A stretch of 64,000 nt of DNA. It comes from an uncultured Planctomycetaceae bacterium. GTDB taxonomy: Bacteria; Planctomycetota; Planctomycetia; Pirellulales; JAEUIK01. The position numbers were made by a program, and so were the translations under genes. Location: positions 2,795 to 66,794 of the forward strand of contig CAZBWM010000023.1 of NCBI GenBank assembly GCA_964495375.1, written 5' to 3'. Below the pieces are notes generated by a model, which did no database searches, was not told the origin of the DNA, and saw only the letters and a program-made list of their open reading frames with translations. Shown here piece by piece: positions 37,101 to 45,636 of this stretch (the first letter of the stretch is position 1; the number at the start of each line of letters is the position of its first letter).

Positions 37101-39043
37101 TATCCTGTCTGCCGCGCGGCGCCCGCCGCCGCGAGCACGCCGCGGCCACGAGCAACGCCAAGTTGATTGGCCAGGTCGCGGCAGGTTTGCGCGACGCCAT
37201 CGCGATCGAGCCGGAGATCGGCCAGCAGCTCGCCCCGTTCGCCATGCTCGACGAACTGATCGGGGATGCCCAGGCGCCGTACGTGCCGGGTATCGAGCCG
37301 GGCTTCGTTGGCCGCTTCGAGCACGGCGCTGCCGAAGCCGGTCATCAGCGCGCCTTCTTCGACGGTGACGACGAAAGCACAATCGCGCACTGCCCGCAGA
37401 ATCGTCTGACGATCGAGCGGCTTCGCGAAGCGGGCATTGATGACCCCCACGTCGAGCCCTTCAGCTCGCAGCGCCGCGGCAGCCTGCACACAAGCCGGCA
37501 GCAGTGTGCCCAGCGCGATGATCATGCCATCGGTGCCCCATTCGATGATCTCCGCGCGGCCCGCTTCGATCGGCGCGGGCGTTCGTTCGACCCGCTCGGC
37601 CTTGGCCTTGGGATAGCGCAGCGAAACTGGGCCGGGCGCCTGCAACGCGAAGTCGAGCATCGCGGGCAGATCGGCTTCATCTCCTGGGGCCATGACGGTC
37701 ATGTTGGGGAACAACCGCATGTAGCCGATGTCGAACATGCCGTGATGCGTCGGCCCGTCGGGGCCGGTCAGCCCGGCGCGATCGAGCAGGAACGTGACGG
37801 GCAGATTCTGCAGCGCCACTTCCTGAAAGATCTGGTCGAAGCTGCGCTGCAAGAAGGTGCTGTAAATGTCGACGATCGGCCGCAGACCAGCCTTGGCCAT
37901 GCCCGCGGCAAAGGCCACGGCATGCGACTCGCAGATGCCGGTGTCGAAGAAGCGATCGGGGAAACCGTCGCGGATCTTCTCCAGGTTATTCCCCTGGCAC
38001 ATCGCGGCGGTCATCACCGTGACCTTGGCGTTCGCGGTCAACTGTTGGCAGATCGCCTCGCTGGCGACGTTGGTGTAGGCCCGCGACGAGCTTTGCTTGA
38101 CCGACACCACGGCGTCGTCTTCGCATTCGAAGGGAGCCGGCGTATGGAAGTAAACCGGGTCTTCGGCGGCCGGCTTGAAGCCATGCCCCTTCTCGGTGAT
38201 GACATGCAGCAGCACGGGCCCCGGCACGTCCTTAACGATCCGCAAGAACTTTTTCAGATGCCCGATGTTGTGCCCGTCGATCGGCCCGAGATAGCGGATG
38301 CCGAGCTCTTCGAAGAGCATGCCGCCGTGATGCAGGCCGGCCTTGATCGAGTCCTTGGCCTGGCCGAGCAGCTTCTCGACCGGATCGCCGATGACCGGCA
38401 AGTTCTCCAGAAACCGCAGCACTTCGGTTTTCAGACCGTTGTAGAGCGGGTGGACGCGGACCTGATCGAGGTACTCGGCCAACCCGCCGACGCGCGGGCA
38501 GATCGACATCTTGTTGTCGTTGAGGATCACCAGCAGCTTCTTCTTGAGCCCGCCGGCGTTGTTGAGGGCCTCGAAGACGATGCCCGAGGGGAGAGCGCCG
38601 TCGCCGATGACTGCCACCGAATGGCGATCGTCTTCACCTGGCAGCAGGTCGTCGCCACACTTCAGGCCCAGAGCGGTCGACACGCTGCAGCCGGCGTGCC
38701 CCGTCATGAACAAGTCGTAAATGCTCTCATGCGGATTGGGGTAGCCCATCAGGCCCCCCTTGGTGCGCATGGTGCTGAATTCGTCGTATCGCCCCGTGAT
38801 AAGCTTGTGCGGATAAATCTGGTGACCCGTGTCCCAGATCAAGCGATCGCGCGAAAAGTCGAACGTGGTGTGCAGCGCCAGGCAAAGCTCGACGACCCCT
38901 AAGTTCGAGGCGAAGTGGGCGGTGCGGCTCGACACCAAGTTGCAGAGCACTTCGCGCATTTCGAGCGCGACTTGCTCTAACTCGGGGAGCGACAAGTCAA
39001 CCAGATCGCGGGGCGACCGGATCTTGGCAAGCAATCTCTCCAT
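37100..39043 (-). CDS. dxs: 1-deoxy-D-xylulose-5-phosphate synthase
   Basis: HFASNLGVVEL, WDTGHQIYPHK, GDGAL...LNDN, GPIDGH, TEKGHG, GPDGPTHHG. Confidence 0.98.
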   Translation of the reverse strand: MERLLAKIRSPRDLVDLSLPELEQVALEMREVLCNLVSSRTAHFASNLGVVELCLALHTTFDFSRDRLIWDTGHQIYPHKLITGRYDEFSTMRTKGGLMGYPNPHESIYDLFMTGHAGCSVSTALGLKCGDDLLPGEDDRHSVAVIGDGALPSGIVFEALNNAGGLKKKLLVILNDNKMSICPRVGGLAEYLDQVRVHPLYNGLKTEVLRFLENLPVIGDPVEKLLGQAKDSIKAGLHHGGMLFEELGIRYLGPIDGHNIGHLKKFLRIVKDVPGPVLLHVITEKGHGFKPAAEDPVYFHTPAPFECEDDAVVSVKQSSSRAYTNVASEAICQQLTANAKVTVMTAAMCQGNNLEKIRDGFPDRFFDTGICESHAVAFAAGMAKAGLRPIVDIYSTFLQRSFDQIFQEVALQNLPVTFLLDRAGLTGPDGPTHHGMFDIGYMRLFPNMTVMAPGDEADLPAMLDFALQAPGPVSLRYPKAKAERVERTPAPIEAGRAEIIEWGTDGMIIALGTLLPACVQAAAALRAEGLDVGVINARFAKPLDRQTILRAVRDCAFVVTVEEGALMTGFGSAVLEAANEARLDTRHVRRLGIPDQFVEHGERGELLADLRLDRDGVAQTCRDLANQLGVARGRGVLAAAGAARQTG

Positions 39044-39939
39044 CAACGATCCCTTTCCAAGACGTAGCGAGCTAAAGCCTCGAGCGGCTGGGCCCTGGGG
39101 CCCAAAGGCTCAATCGCGCCGATGGCCGCGTCGATCAACTCGGCGGCCCGACGTTGGCTCTCGGCGATGCCCCACACTTTGGGAAACGTGAGCTTGCCTC
39201 GGCTCTCGTCCTTACCGACACGTTTGCCGACCGTCGTCGCGTCGCCCGATACATCGAGCAGATCGTCGACAATCTGGAAGGCCAGCCCCAAATGACGTCC
39301 GTATTCGTTCAGCGCCGATTCTTCGTCGACCGAGCATTGTGCGGCGACCGCCCCCAGTTGCAGCGACACACTGAGCATGGCGCCGGTTTTTCGCGCGTGA
39401 ATGCTCTCGAGCGCCCCGGCCGTGGCGGCGCGATCGGGGTCGAGATCATCGGCCTGACCTCCGACCAGGCAGCACGGACCCGCGGCATGAGCGAGCAGTG
39501 CACAGCAACGCGCGGCGACCGGCGCGGGTTGTAAGTCTCTCGCGACGATCTCCAGCGCCATCGCCTGCAAGGCGTCGCCGGCCAGGATCGCCACGGCTTC
39601 GCCATAGACTTTGTGACAGGTGGGCCGGCCACGACGCAGGTCGTCGTCGTCCATGGCGGGCAGGTCATCGTGAATCAGCGAATAGGCGTGGATCATCTCG
39701 ACCGCGCACGCGGCCGGCATCACGTCTTCGGCAGCGCCACCGACGGCCATCGCCCCCCAAACACACAGCAGCGGACGTAACCGCTTGCCGGGTGCCAGAA
39801 GGCTATAGCGGATCGCCTCGGCTAGCGCCGTCGGACAGCCAGGGGCAAAGTCGCAGTAGGCCCCCAGCGCGCGATCGATCTGGGCGCGCGGGGCGGACGA
39901 CAGCTCGGCGAACGAGGTGCGGGGGGTCGAAAGTGCCAT
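39043..39939 (-). CDS. ispA: Polyprenyl (farnesyl) diphosphate synthase
   Basis: PGKRLRP, HAYSLIHDDLPAMDDDDLRRGRPT, AILAGDAL, KTGA, FQIVDDLLD. Confidence 0.95.
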   Translation of the reverse strand: MALSTPRTSFAELSSAPRAQIDRALGAYCDFAPGCPTALAEAIRYSLLAPGKRLRPLLCVWGAMAVGGAAEDVMPAACAVEMIHAYSLIHDDLPAMDDDDLRRGRPTCHKVYGEAVAILAGDALQAMALEIVARDLQPAPVAARCCALLAHAAGPCCLVGGQADDLDPDRAATAGALESIHARKTGAMLSVSLQLGAVAAQCSVDEESALNEYGRHLGLAFQIVDDLLDVSGDATTVGKRVGKDESRGKLTFPKVWGIAESQRRAAELIDAAIGAIEPLGPRAQPLEALARYVLERDR

Positions 39940-40001
39940 TACGCCCTGACTTACTCCACGTTGCCTGGGGCCGCCTCTTGCGACCCAAGTGCCACTTTAT
40001 C

Positions 40002-40475
40002 CTACAAAGCAAATGGGGGCTCGTCTACTTCCCTTTGCGACGATTCGTTCGAAGCGGGCTGCGTTCGCCGTTGGTCGGCAGCCGAGTGAGCTGCCGACCC
40101 ACCTGCGGCCGTTCGCTCAGATGGCTCGCTCATCTGCTCGCCGGCAGGGCCCCCGCGCCGCAGCCGCCGCCCCTGCTGTTTTTGTTCTGTGCCCGACTGC
40201 GTGTCGTCGAGGGGCTCGGTTCGAGGGCGGCCGGCGCCGTCGACCCCTGTCAACAATTCGATGCGTCGTTCGGCTCGCTCGAGAATTGCCTGGCACTGCC
40301 CGAGTAGTTTCACGCCTCGTTCGTAGCGTGTGAGGGCATCGCTCAGGCAGATTTGTCCCTCTTCGAGTTCCCGAACCACTTTCTCCAACGCGGCAACCGC
40401 CGATTCAAAGCTCAGCTCCGCCGCGTCGGCGGAGGGCTCTGCTGCGGTCGCCTTGTTCGAGTTGGTTTCGGACAA
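40002..40475 (-). CDS. xseB: Exodeoxyribonuclease VII small subunit with C-terminal extension
   Basis: SFESAVAALEKVVRELEEG...LSDALTRYERGVKL...LERAERRIE; TTG start inferred. Confidence 0.93.
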   Translation of the reverse strand: MSETNSNKATAAEPSADAAELSFESAVAALEKVVRELEEGQICLSDALTRYERGVKLLGQCQAILERAERRIELLTGVDGAGRPRTEPLDDTQSGTEQKQQGRRLRRGGPAGEQMSEPSERTAAGGSAAHSAADQRRTQPASNESSQREVDEPPFAL

Positions 40476-40573
40476 CGTTCGTTTCCAAGCTATCAACCGC
40501 AGCGAGATACGCCGGGTAACCGCCCGACGGCCCGCCTTCGTGTTACCAGACCGCTAATCGGTCCCCGGACGCG

Positions 40574-42025
40574 TCACCTTTCTTCGCCAGAACTTGCCGC
40601 GTCGTCGACCTGCTCGACGCTGCTCAGCACGCTTCCCCGTGCAAGACGCGTCCGCAACCGATCCCCCATCTTAAGGGTTCGTGCGTCGCGCACCAGATGC
40701 CCGTTTTCTGCCCGCTCGGTCAGGCTGTATCCCCGTGCTAGCACTTGTAGCGGGCTAAGTGAATCGAGCATTCCGCGTAATCTCTCCACGCGATGCTTGG
40801 CCTGGTCGAGCCGGCGATGCTGTGCTTTCGTCGCCCGAGCGTCCAGTTCGTCGAGCCGGCGAGCCAAATCGTGAATCCGCTCTAGGGGGCGCCGCAGCAC
40901 GCGACTGGCAGCTAGCGCCGTCAAACGCGTACGTGCGACCGCCGCACGGCGACTCAGTCCGGTCCGCAATCGGCCGCCGAATTGTCCCAGCAAAACGCGC
41001 ATTTCTTCGGCCGAGGGGACTACCAGTTCGGCGGCCTCGCTCGGTGTCAGAGCCCGCACGTCGGCGGCCAGATCGGAAAGGGTGACATCGATCTCATGCC
41101 CGACGGCCGACACCACCGGAATCTGCGAAGCGGCGATCGCCCGCACGACCCGCTCTTCGTTAAAAGCCCAAAGATCCTCGGCGCTACCGCCACCGCGACA
41201 GACCACGAGCGTGTCGATTTCCGCTTCAACGCGATTGGCCAGCGCGATGCCGGCGGCAATCTCGGCGCCAGCGCGTTCTCCCTGAACGCGCGCGGGAATG
41301 ATCCAAACGTCGGTGCCGCGCCAGCGACGGCGCAGCACTTCGAGAAAGTCCTTGATGGCAGCGCCGGTCGGGCTCGTGACGACCGCGATCCGCCGCGGGA
41401 AACGGGGGAGCGGCCGCTTGCGCTCGGGCGCGAACAGTCCCTCGGCCGCGAGCTTCGTATGCAACTGCCGCAAAGCGAACTCGAGGGCGCCCATGCCGCG
41501 CGGCACGATGCGATCGACCACGAGCTGATAGGTGCCACGCGCGGCGTAGACTTCGAGCCCGCCGTGGCAAACGACTTCGAGCCCATCGTGCAAATCAAAT
41601 CGCAGCCGGGCGGCAGCACTGCGCCACATGACGGCCCGCACCTGGGCGTGGTCGTCCTTGAGCGTGAAATAGCAGTGCCCCGAGTGGGCCCGCGAGAAAT
41701 TGGTGATTTCGCCCGTCACATCAACAGCCGGAAACGCTCCCTCGAGCAATTCCTTGACGACATCGGTGAGCTGCGAAACCGACAAGACGACCGGCTCGGT
41801 CGGTGCTTTCGGTTCAGCGGGGGGAGGGGGCGAAACGTACGTCGAGGACTGCCCGCCGGCCACCGCTGATTGCAGTCGCTTTGCGGGGCTGGACGCACGC
41901 GGTGGCGCGCCGGTCCCAGGGAGTTTTGTACGGGCTTTTTTCTTCCCGCCGCGGGGAGCCTTTTGCGGGGCCGGCGGCTGCGCCACCTGCGGTTCGGGAT
42001 CGGGAAAGAGATCGAACTGGCGCAT
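40574..42025 (-). CDS. xseA: Exodeoxyribonuclease VII large subunit
   Basis: LSVSQL, GEITNF, SGHCYFTLKD, VVTSPTGAAIKD, RGGGSAEDLWAFNEE, SAVGHEID, LSPLQVLARGYS. Confidence 0.97.
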   Translation of the reverse strand: MRQFDLFPDPEPQVAQPPAPQKAPRGGKKKARTKLPGTGAPPRASSPAKRLQSAVAGGQSSTYVSPPPPAEPKAPTEPVVLSVSQLTDVVKELLEGAFPAVDVTGEITNFSRAHSGHCYFTLKDDHAQVRAVMWRSAAARLRFDLHDGLEVVCHGGLEVYAARGTYQLVVDRIVPRGMGALEFALRQLHTKLAAEGLFAPERKRPLPRFPRRIAVVTSPTGAAIKDFLEVLRRRWRGTDVWIIPARVQGERAGAEIAAGIALANRVEAEIDTLVVCRGGGSAEDLWAFNEERVVRAIAASQIPVVSAVGHEIDVTLSDLAADVRALTPSEAAELVVPSAEEMRVLLGQFGGRLRTGLSRRAAVARTRLTALAASRVLRRPLERIHDLARRLDELDARATKAQHRRLDQAKHRVERLRGMLDSLSPLQVLARGYSLTERAENGHLVRDARTLKMGDRLRTRLARGSVLSSVEQVDDAASSGEER

Positions 42026-42322
42026 GGGGCGGACAAACAAATCGGGCCGTAGTTGAGCCGTTCGTGGCGAATCTCCGTCAGCTTAACGAATTCGCCCCTG
42101 GCAAGGGAAATGTCGCCCACAGTGCCCCCGGCTGCCGAACAAGGTTGAAGCGGCAGGCAGGATCGCGAAAAACACGTCCGAAAGGGCCCTTTCATCGGTA
42201 GCGGGGTCGGCGTTACATTAGAGGGCCCAAGAAAAGCCGTCCCCGGCCATCGGAACCATGAGCCACTTCGGGCTCTCCGATTCGGCCTGCGGACAGCCGA
42301 GCGCTTTCAGGAAGCAACGAAT

Positions 42323-42487
42323 ATGGCCAAAGGTAAGAAGAAAGTCGAAACCGTCTTCCTCGTTTGCGAGGAGACCGGCGACTACAACTACGTGCTACGT
42401 CGCAAGACGGGCGGCGAAAAGCTCAAGCTGATGAAGTACTGCCCGCGCGTCCGTAAGCACACGATGCACACGGAAAAGAAGAAGTAG
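42323..42487 (+). CDS. rpmG: 50S ribosomal protein L33
   Basis: Not in the ORF track. Manual translation: MAKGKKKVETVFLVCEETGDYNYVLRRKTGGEKLKLMKYCPRVRKHTMHTEKKK. Confidence 0.95.
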   Translation: MAKGKKKVETVFLVCEETGDYNYVLRRKTGGEKLKLMKYCPRVRKHTMHTEKKK

Positions 42488-42535
42488 ACGCGCGCCGCCT
42501 TGGCGAGTGTGTCGCTTCGTCGCGTCGCCATCCGT

Positions 42536-42569
42536 TTGGCACAGCGCAGCAATTGGCACAGCGCAGCAA
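42536..42569. repeat. Perfect 17-bp tandem duplication
   Basis: ttggcacagcgcagcaa twice, at 42536-42552 and 42553-42569. Confidence 0.9.
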
Positions 42570-42570
42570 A

Positions 42571-42598
42571 AAGCCCAGGAGTTTCGACCCCTGGGCTT
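42571..42598. terminator. Probable bidirectional intrinsic terminator
   Basis: aagcccagg/cctgggctt stem with A/T-rich flanks, between the convergent rpmG and 42628 genes. Confidence 0.7.
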
Positions 42599-42627
42599 AT
42601 TCGTTTCATAAGCCTACTTATTTGGCG

Positions 42628-43236
42628 CTATTCTCCAGCCGATGCGGCAGGCGCCGGTCGCGGCGGGGGGCTCACCGGTGCCGGGGGGGCACCTTCTGTA
42701 GCGGGTTTTGCCGCCGGTTTGCGCGGCGGTTCGATCACCAAGAACGGTGCCCGCTGATTCGCCTGCTGGATGGCTCGCAGTGAATTCTTGCCGAGCACGC
42801 GGCGCAACTGAGGTTCGGCCTCGTCGAACATCGCGCTGACCGACTTACGGTCGTCGTCGCTCTCGACGTCGGCTTCGGCCAGCGAACGGCGCAGCTCGCG
42901 AATCAACGGAACTTCGTCCTCTGGGGCTGGTCGCTCATCGCGCGGACGAGCGGGCACAGGCCGCGCCGGCCGGCCATCGGCAGTCTGACTCGCGGCGCTC
43001 GGTCGTGGATTCGCCGGACGCGGCACGCCCGGTTGTACGACCTCGGGGGGCGACAATGGCGGGCGCGTGCTGCTCTGCGCGGCGGAGCCAGTATCAACGA
43101 GAGGAGCGCCGGCGCCACCCGTCGGGTTCTGCGGGGTGACAGCCGTCGCCGGCGGAGTCGACTTGCGACCGCAACCGGCCAGCAGGAGCCCGCCTGCCAG
43201 CAATCCGGCGGCAAAACAGCACAATTCGCGTTTCAT
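42628..43236 (-). CDS. Hypothetical Pro-rich lipoprotein
   Basis: MKRELCCFAAGLLAGGLLLAGC lipobox followed by a low-complexity body. Confidence 0.7.
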   Translation of the reverse strand: MKRELCCFAAGLLAGGLLLAGCGRKSTPPATAVTPQNPTGGAGAPLVDTGSAAQSSTRPPLSPPEVVQPGVPRPANPRPSAASQTADGRPARPVPARPRDERPAPEDEVPLIRELRRSLAEADVESDDDRKSVSAMFDEAEPQLRRVLGKNSLRAIQQANQRAPFLVIEPPRKPAAKPATEGAPPAPVSPPPRPAPAASAGE

Positions 43237-43317
43237 CGGTAGTCGGCCAGGTGCATGGAATTGATCGCTTGGCGACGAGCTTCGCCGCCAGTGTTCCACG
43301 CTAGTTCGACCCGCGCG

Positions 43318-44067
43318 TTACAGCAAGCTTTCGAGCAAAAGCCGCAGTTTTCGCAGTTCGGCCAGATGGTCGACCCCTTCCTGTTGGACGATATGGACGG
43401 TCAGGGCCTGGCTGTAGCGAACCTTGTTGAGCTGCGTAATCAGTCGCCCATACTCGATTTCGCCCTGGCCCACGCGGACCTGCAATTGGTCCTTGGTCGT
43501 GTCGCGCAGCCGCACGTGATAGGTGTGCTTGATCAGGTGGTCGTAATTTGCGCCGGCGTGCGGCCCACAGATGTAATGGCTCGGATCGAGCGTAATGCCA
43601 AGTCCCTTGACGTTGTCGCAGAGCACGACGGCGGTCGCTGGGTCTTCGGTCATGTGGCCGGCTTCAGTGTTCACGCTCACCCGCACGCTTTCGTCTTCGC
43701 CGATGCGGACCAGCTCGCGCAACCGCTCGATCTCTTCATTGAACGGGGTGCCGAGCACGGCCGCCGGCACCGTCACCGACACCACGCCCGTCGCTTTGGC
43801 CAGCTTGCAGCAGGCGGCGAACTGCTTGTAGTACTCGCTGCGGGGGGCGTCCAAATCGACGATCAGCGCGACCGGCTTCAGGCGGTGCGTTTCTCGACAG
43901 GCTTGCACGGCCTTGTCAAGATTGGCCAGCACCTGCGAGGGTTTTAATTGGTTACCGTGCTCGCGGACGGCAAACTCGACGCGCGAGAACTCCAGCTCGA
44001 CGAGCCGGGCAAGCGCGGCATCGAGCGACAACTCGGGAAAGCAATCCGTTGAGGCAGCGACAAACAC
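43318..44067 (-). CDS. Sugar phosphate isomerase/epimerase (xylose isomerase-like TIM barrel)
   Basis: GTG start 8 nt after GAGGAG; LGITLDPSHY, YHVRLRD, VGQGEIEY. Confidence 0.85.
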   Translation of the reverse strand: MFVAASTDCFPELSLDAALARLVELEFSRVEFAVREHGNQLKPSQVLANLDKAVQACRETHRLKPVALIVDLDAPRSEYYKQFAACCKLAKATGVVSVTVPAAVLGTPFNEEIERLRELVRIGEDESVRVSVNTEAGHMTEDPATAVVLCDNVKGLGITLDPSHYICGPHAGANYDHLIKHTYHVRLRDTTKDQLQVRVGQGEIEYGRLITQLNKVRYSQALTVHIVQQEGVDHLAELRKLRLLLESLL

Positions 44068-44361
44068 TCCGTTAACTCCTCGGGCAGCGGGCCGGCGGGG
44101 GCGACAATCCGTTCGGAACAAGCCGCCGTAGCTTACCGCTGCTGGCTGTCGTCGTGCAACACCGCAGCCCGCCGCAAGCAGGCACTTGTGCGGCAAGCCC
44201 GGTATCGCAAGACTTACAGTCGATCCCCGAAACCACCGCCAAGCGACCCACGCACACTACCGAGCGGCCCACGCTGCTAACCTGCCAGGGTCGCGCCGGC
44301 GGGCCGCCCACCAGCAACTTCCCATTCAACGGCCACGCCCAGTTCCGAAAGGCAATTCGCA

Positions 44362-45468
44362 ATGGATTCATCAGGCATGCCAGCGGGCGGATATCGTCAG
44401 CCGGGTTACGCGCCACCACCGCCCCCTCGTGGCATGGGTTTTGGCTCCTGCGCGATGGGTTGCCTGGTCGTGTTGCTTCTGGGAGGGCTCGCCCTGTCGC
44501 TCTTGGCGAACGTGACGCTCGTGGCCGGACAGGCCGATACGGGCCTTTACGAGTACGGCCTTTCGGAGAAGTACCATTCGCTCAATCGCAAGGCGACCAA
44601 CAAGATCGCCATCATCCGGCTCGAAGGGGCGATCCTCGACGAGGACAAATTCGTCCGCAATCAGGTCGAAGTCGCGCTGCGCGACGAGAACGTCAAAGCC
44701 GTCGTGCTGCGGGTGAACTCCCCCGGCGGCACCATCAGCGGCAGCGACGAAATCTATCACCGCGTCCGCAAGCTGATCGCTGAGCGCGAGCTGCCCGTGG
44801 TGGTCAGCATGGGCGGCATCGCGGCCAGTGGCGGTTACTACGCGGCGATGGCCGTCGGCGATGGCGAGCGCCGCATCTATGCCGAACCCACCACCTGGAC
44901 CGGCTCGATCGGTGTGATCATTCCGCACTACAGCTTCGCCGGCTTGATGCAGGAGTGGAAAATCGAAGACGACTCGATCAAGAGCCATCCGCTCAAAGGG
45001 ATCGGCAGTCTGACGAAAGTCATGACTCCCGAAGAACGAGCGATTCTGCAGGCGTTGGTCGATGACGGTTTCACCCGCTTCAAAGATGTGATCAAGACCG
45101 GCCGAAAGCAATTCGCTGAACATCCCGAAGAGCTGGACGCCCTGGCCACGGGTCAGGTGTACGCCGCGACCGAAGCCAAGGCGAGGGGGCTGGTCGACGA
45201 AATCGGCTATCTCGACGACGCGATAGCTCGCGCGCTCGAACTGGCCAGCATCGACAAGACCGACGCCAAGGCGATCGAGTATCAGAGCCACGGTGGATTG
45301 TTGCAGGACATCCTGATCGGCCCGAGCGGATCACAAACCTTGGAGGGAGCAGCCGCGGCGATTGAAGGTCGCCAATTCGACTTGCGCGGTTTGATCGAGC
45401 TGGCGACCCCCCGCGCATATTTCCTCTGCACGAGCTTGCCGCCGCTGGAGAAGCTCGCGCGGCCGTAA
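44362..45468 (+). CDS. sppA: Signal peptide peptidase SppA (S49)
   Basis: VLRVNSPGGT, SMGGIAASGGYY, TGSIGVI, ATGQVY, GLVDEIG. Confidence 0.93.
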   Translation: MDSSGMPAGGYRQPGYAPPPPPRGMGFGSCAMGCLVVLLLGGLALSLLANVTLVAGQADTGLYEYGLSEKYHSLNRKATNKIAIIRLEGAILDEDKFVRNQVEVALRDENVKAVVLRVNSPGGTISGSDEIYHRVRKLIAERELPVVVSMGGIAASGGYYAAMAVGDGERRIYAEPTTWTGSIGVIIPHYSFAGLMQEWKIEDDSIKSHPLKGIGSLTKVMTPEERAILQALVDDGFTRFKDVIKTGRKQFAEHPEELDALATGQVYAATEAKARGLVDEIGYLDDAIARALELASIDKTDAKAIEYQSHGGLLQDILIGPSGSQTLEGAAAAIEGRQFDLRGLIELATPRAYFLCTSLPPLEKLARP

Positions 45469-45636
45469 CTTTGCCATGCACCGCGAGAGCGAGGCGCAAC
45501 CCGGTGCGTCCTCGTGTCGTTGCGCGATAGCAGCTTGCTGAAGAAACGAAGAAATGTAGCCGGTCACTTCGAGGCCGGGGATTTGCCGCGAATTCCGCGG
45601 TCACAGACCCCAACTGCTGAGTACTTCAACGGGCCG

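Noticed and set aside
42537-42551. TGGCAC...GC sigma-54 promoter-like sequence
   Set aside because: GG-to-GC spacing is 9 nt, not the required 10, and it points into a terminator.
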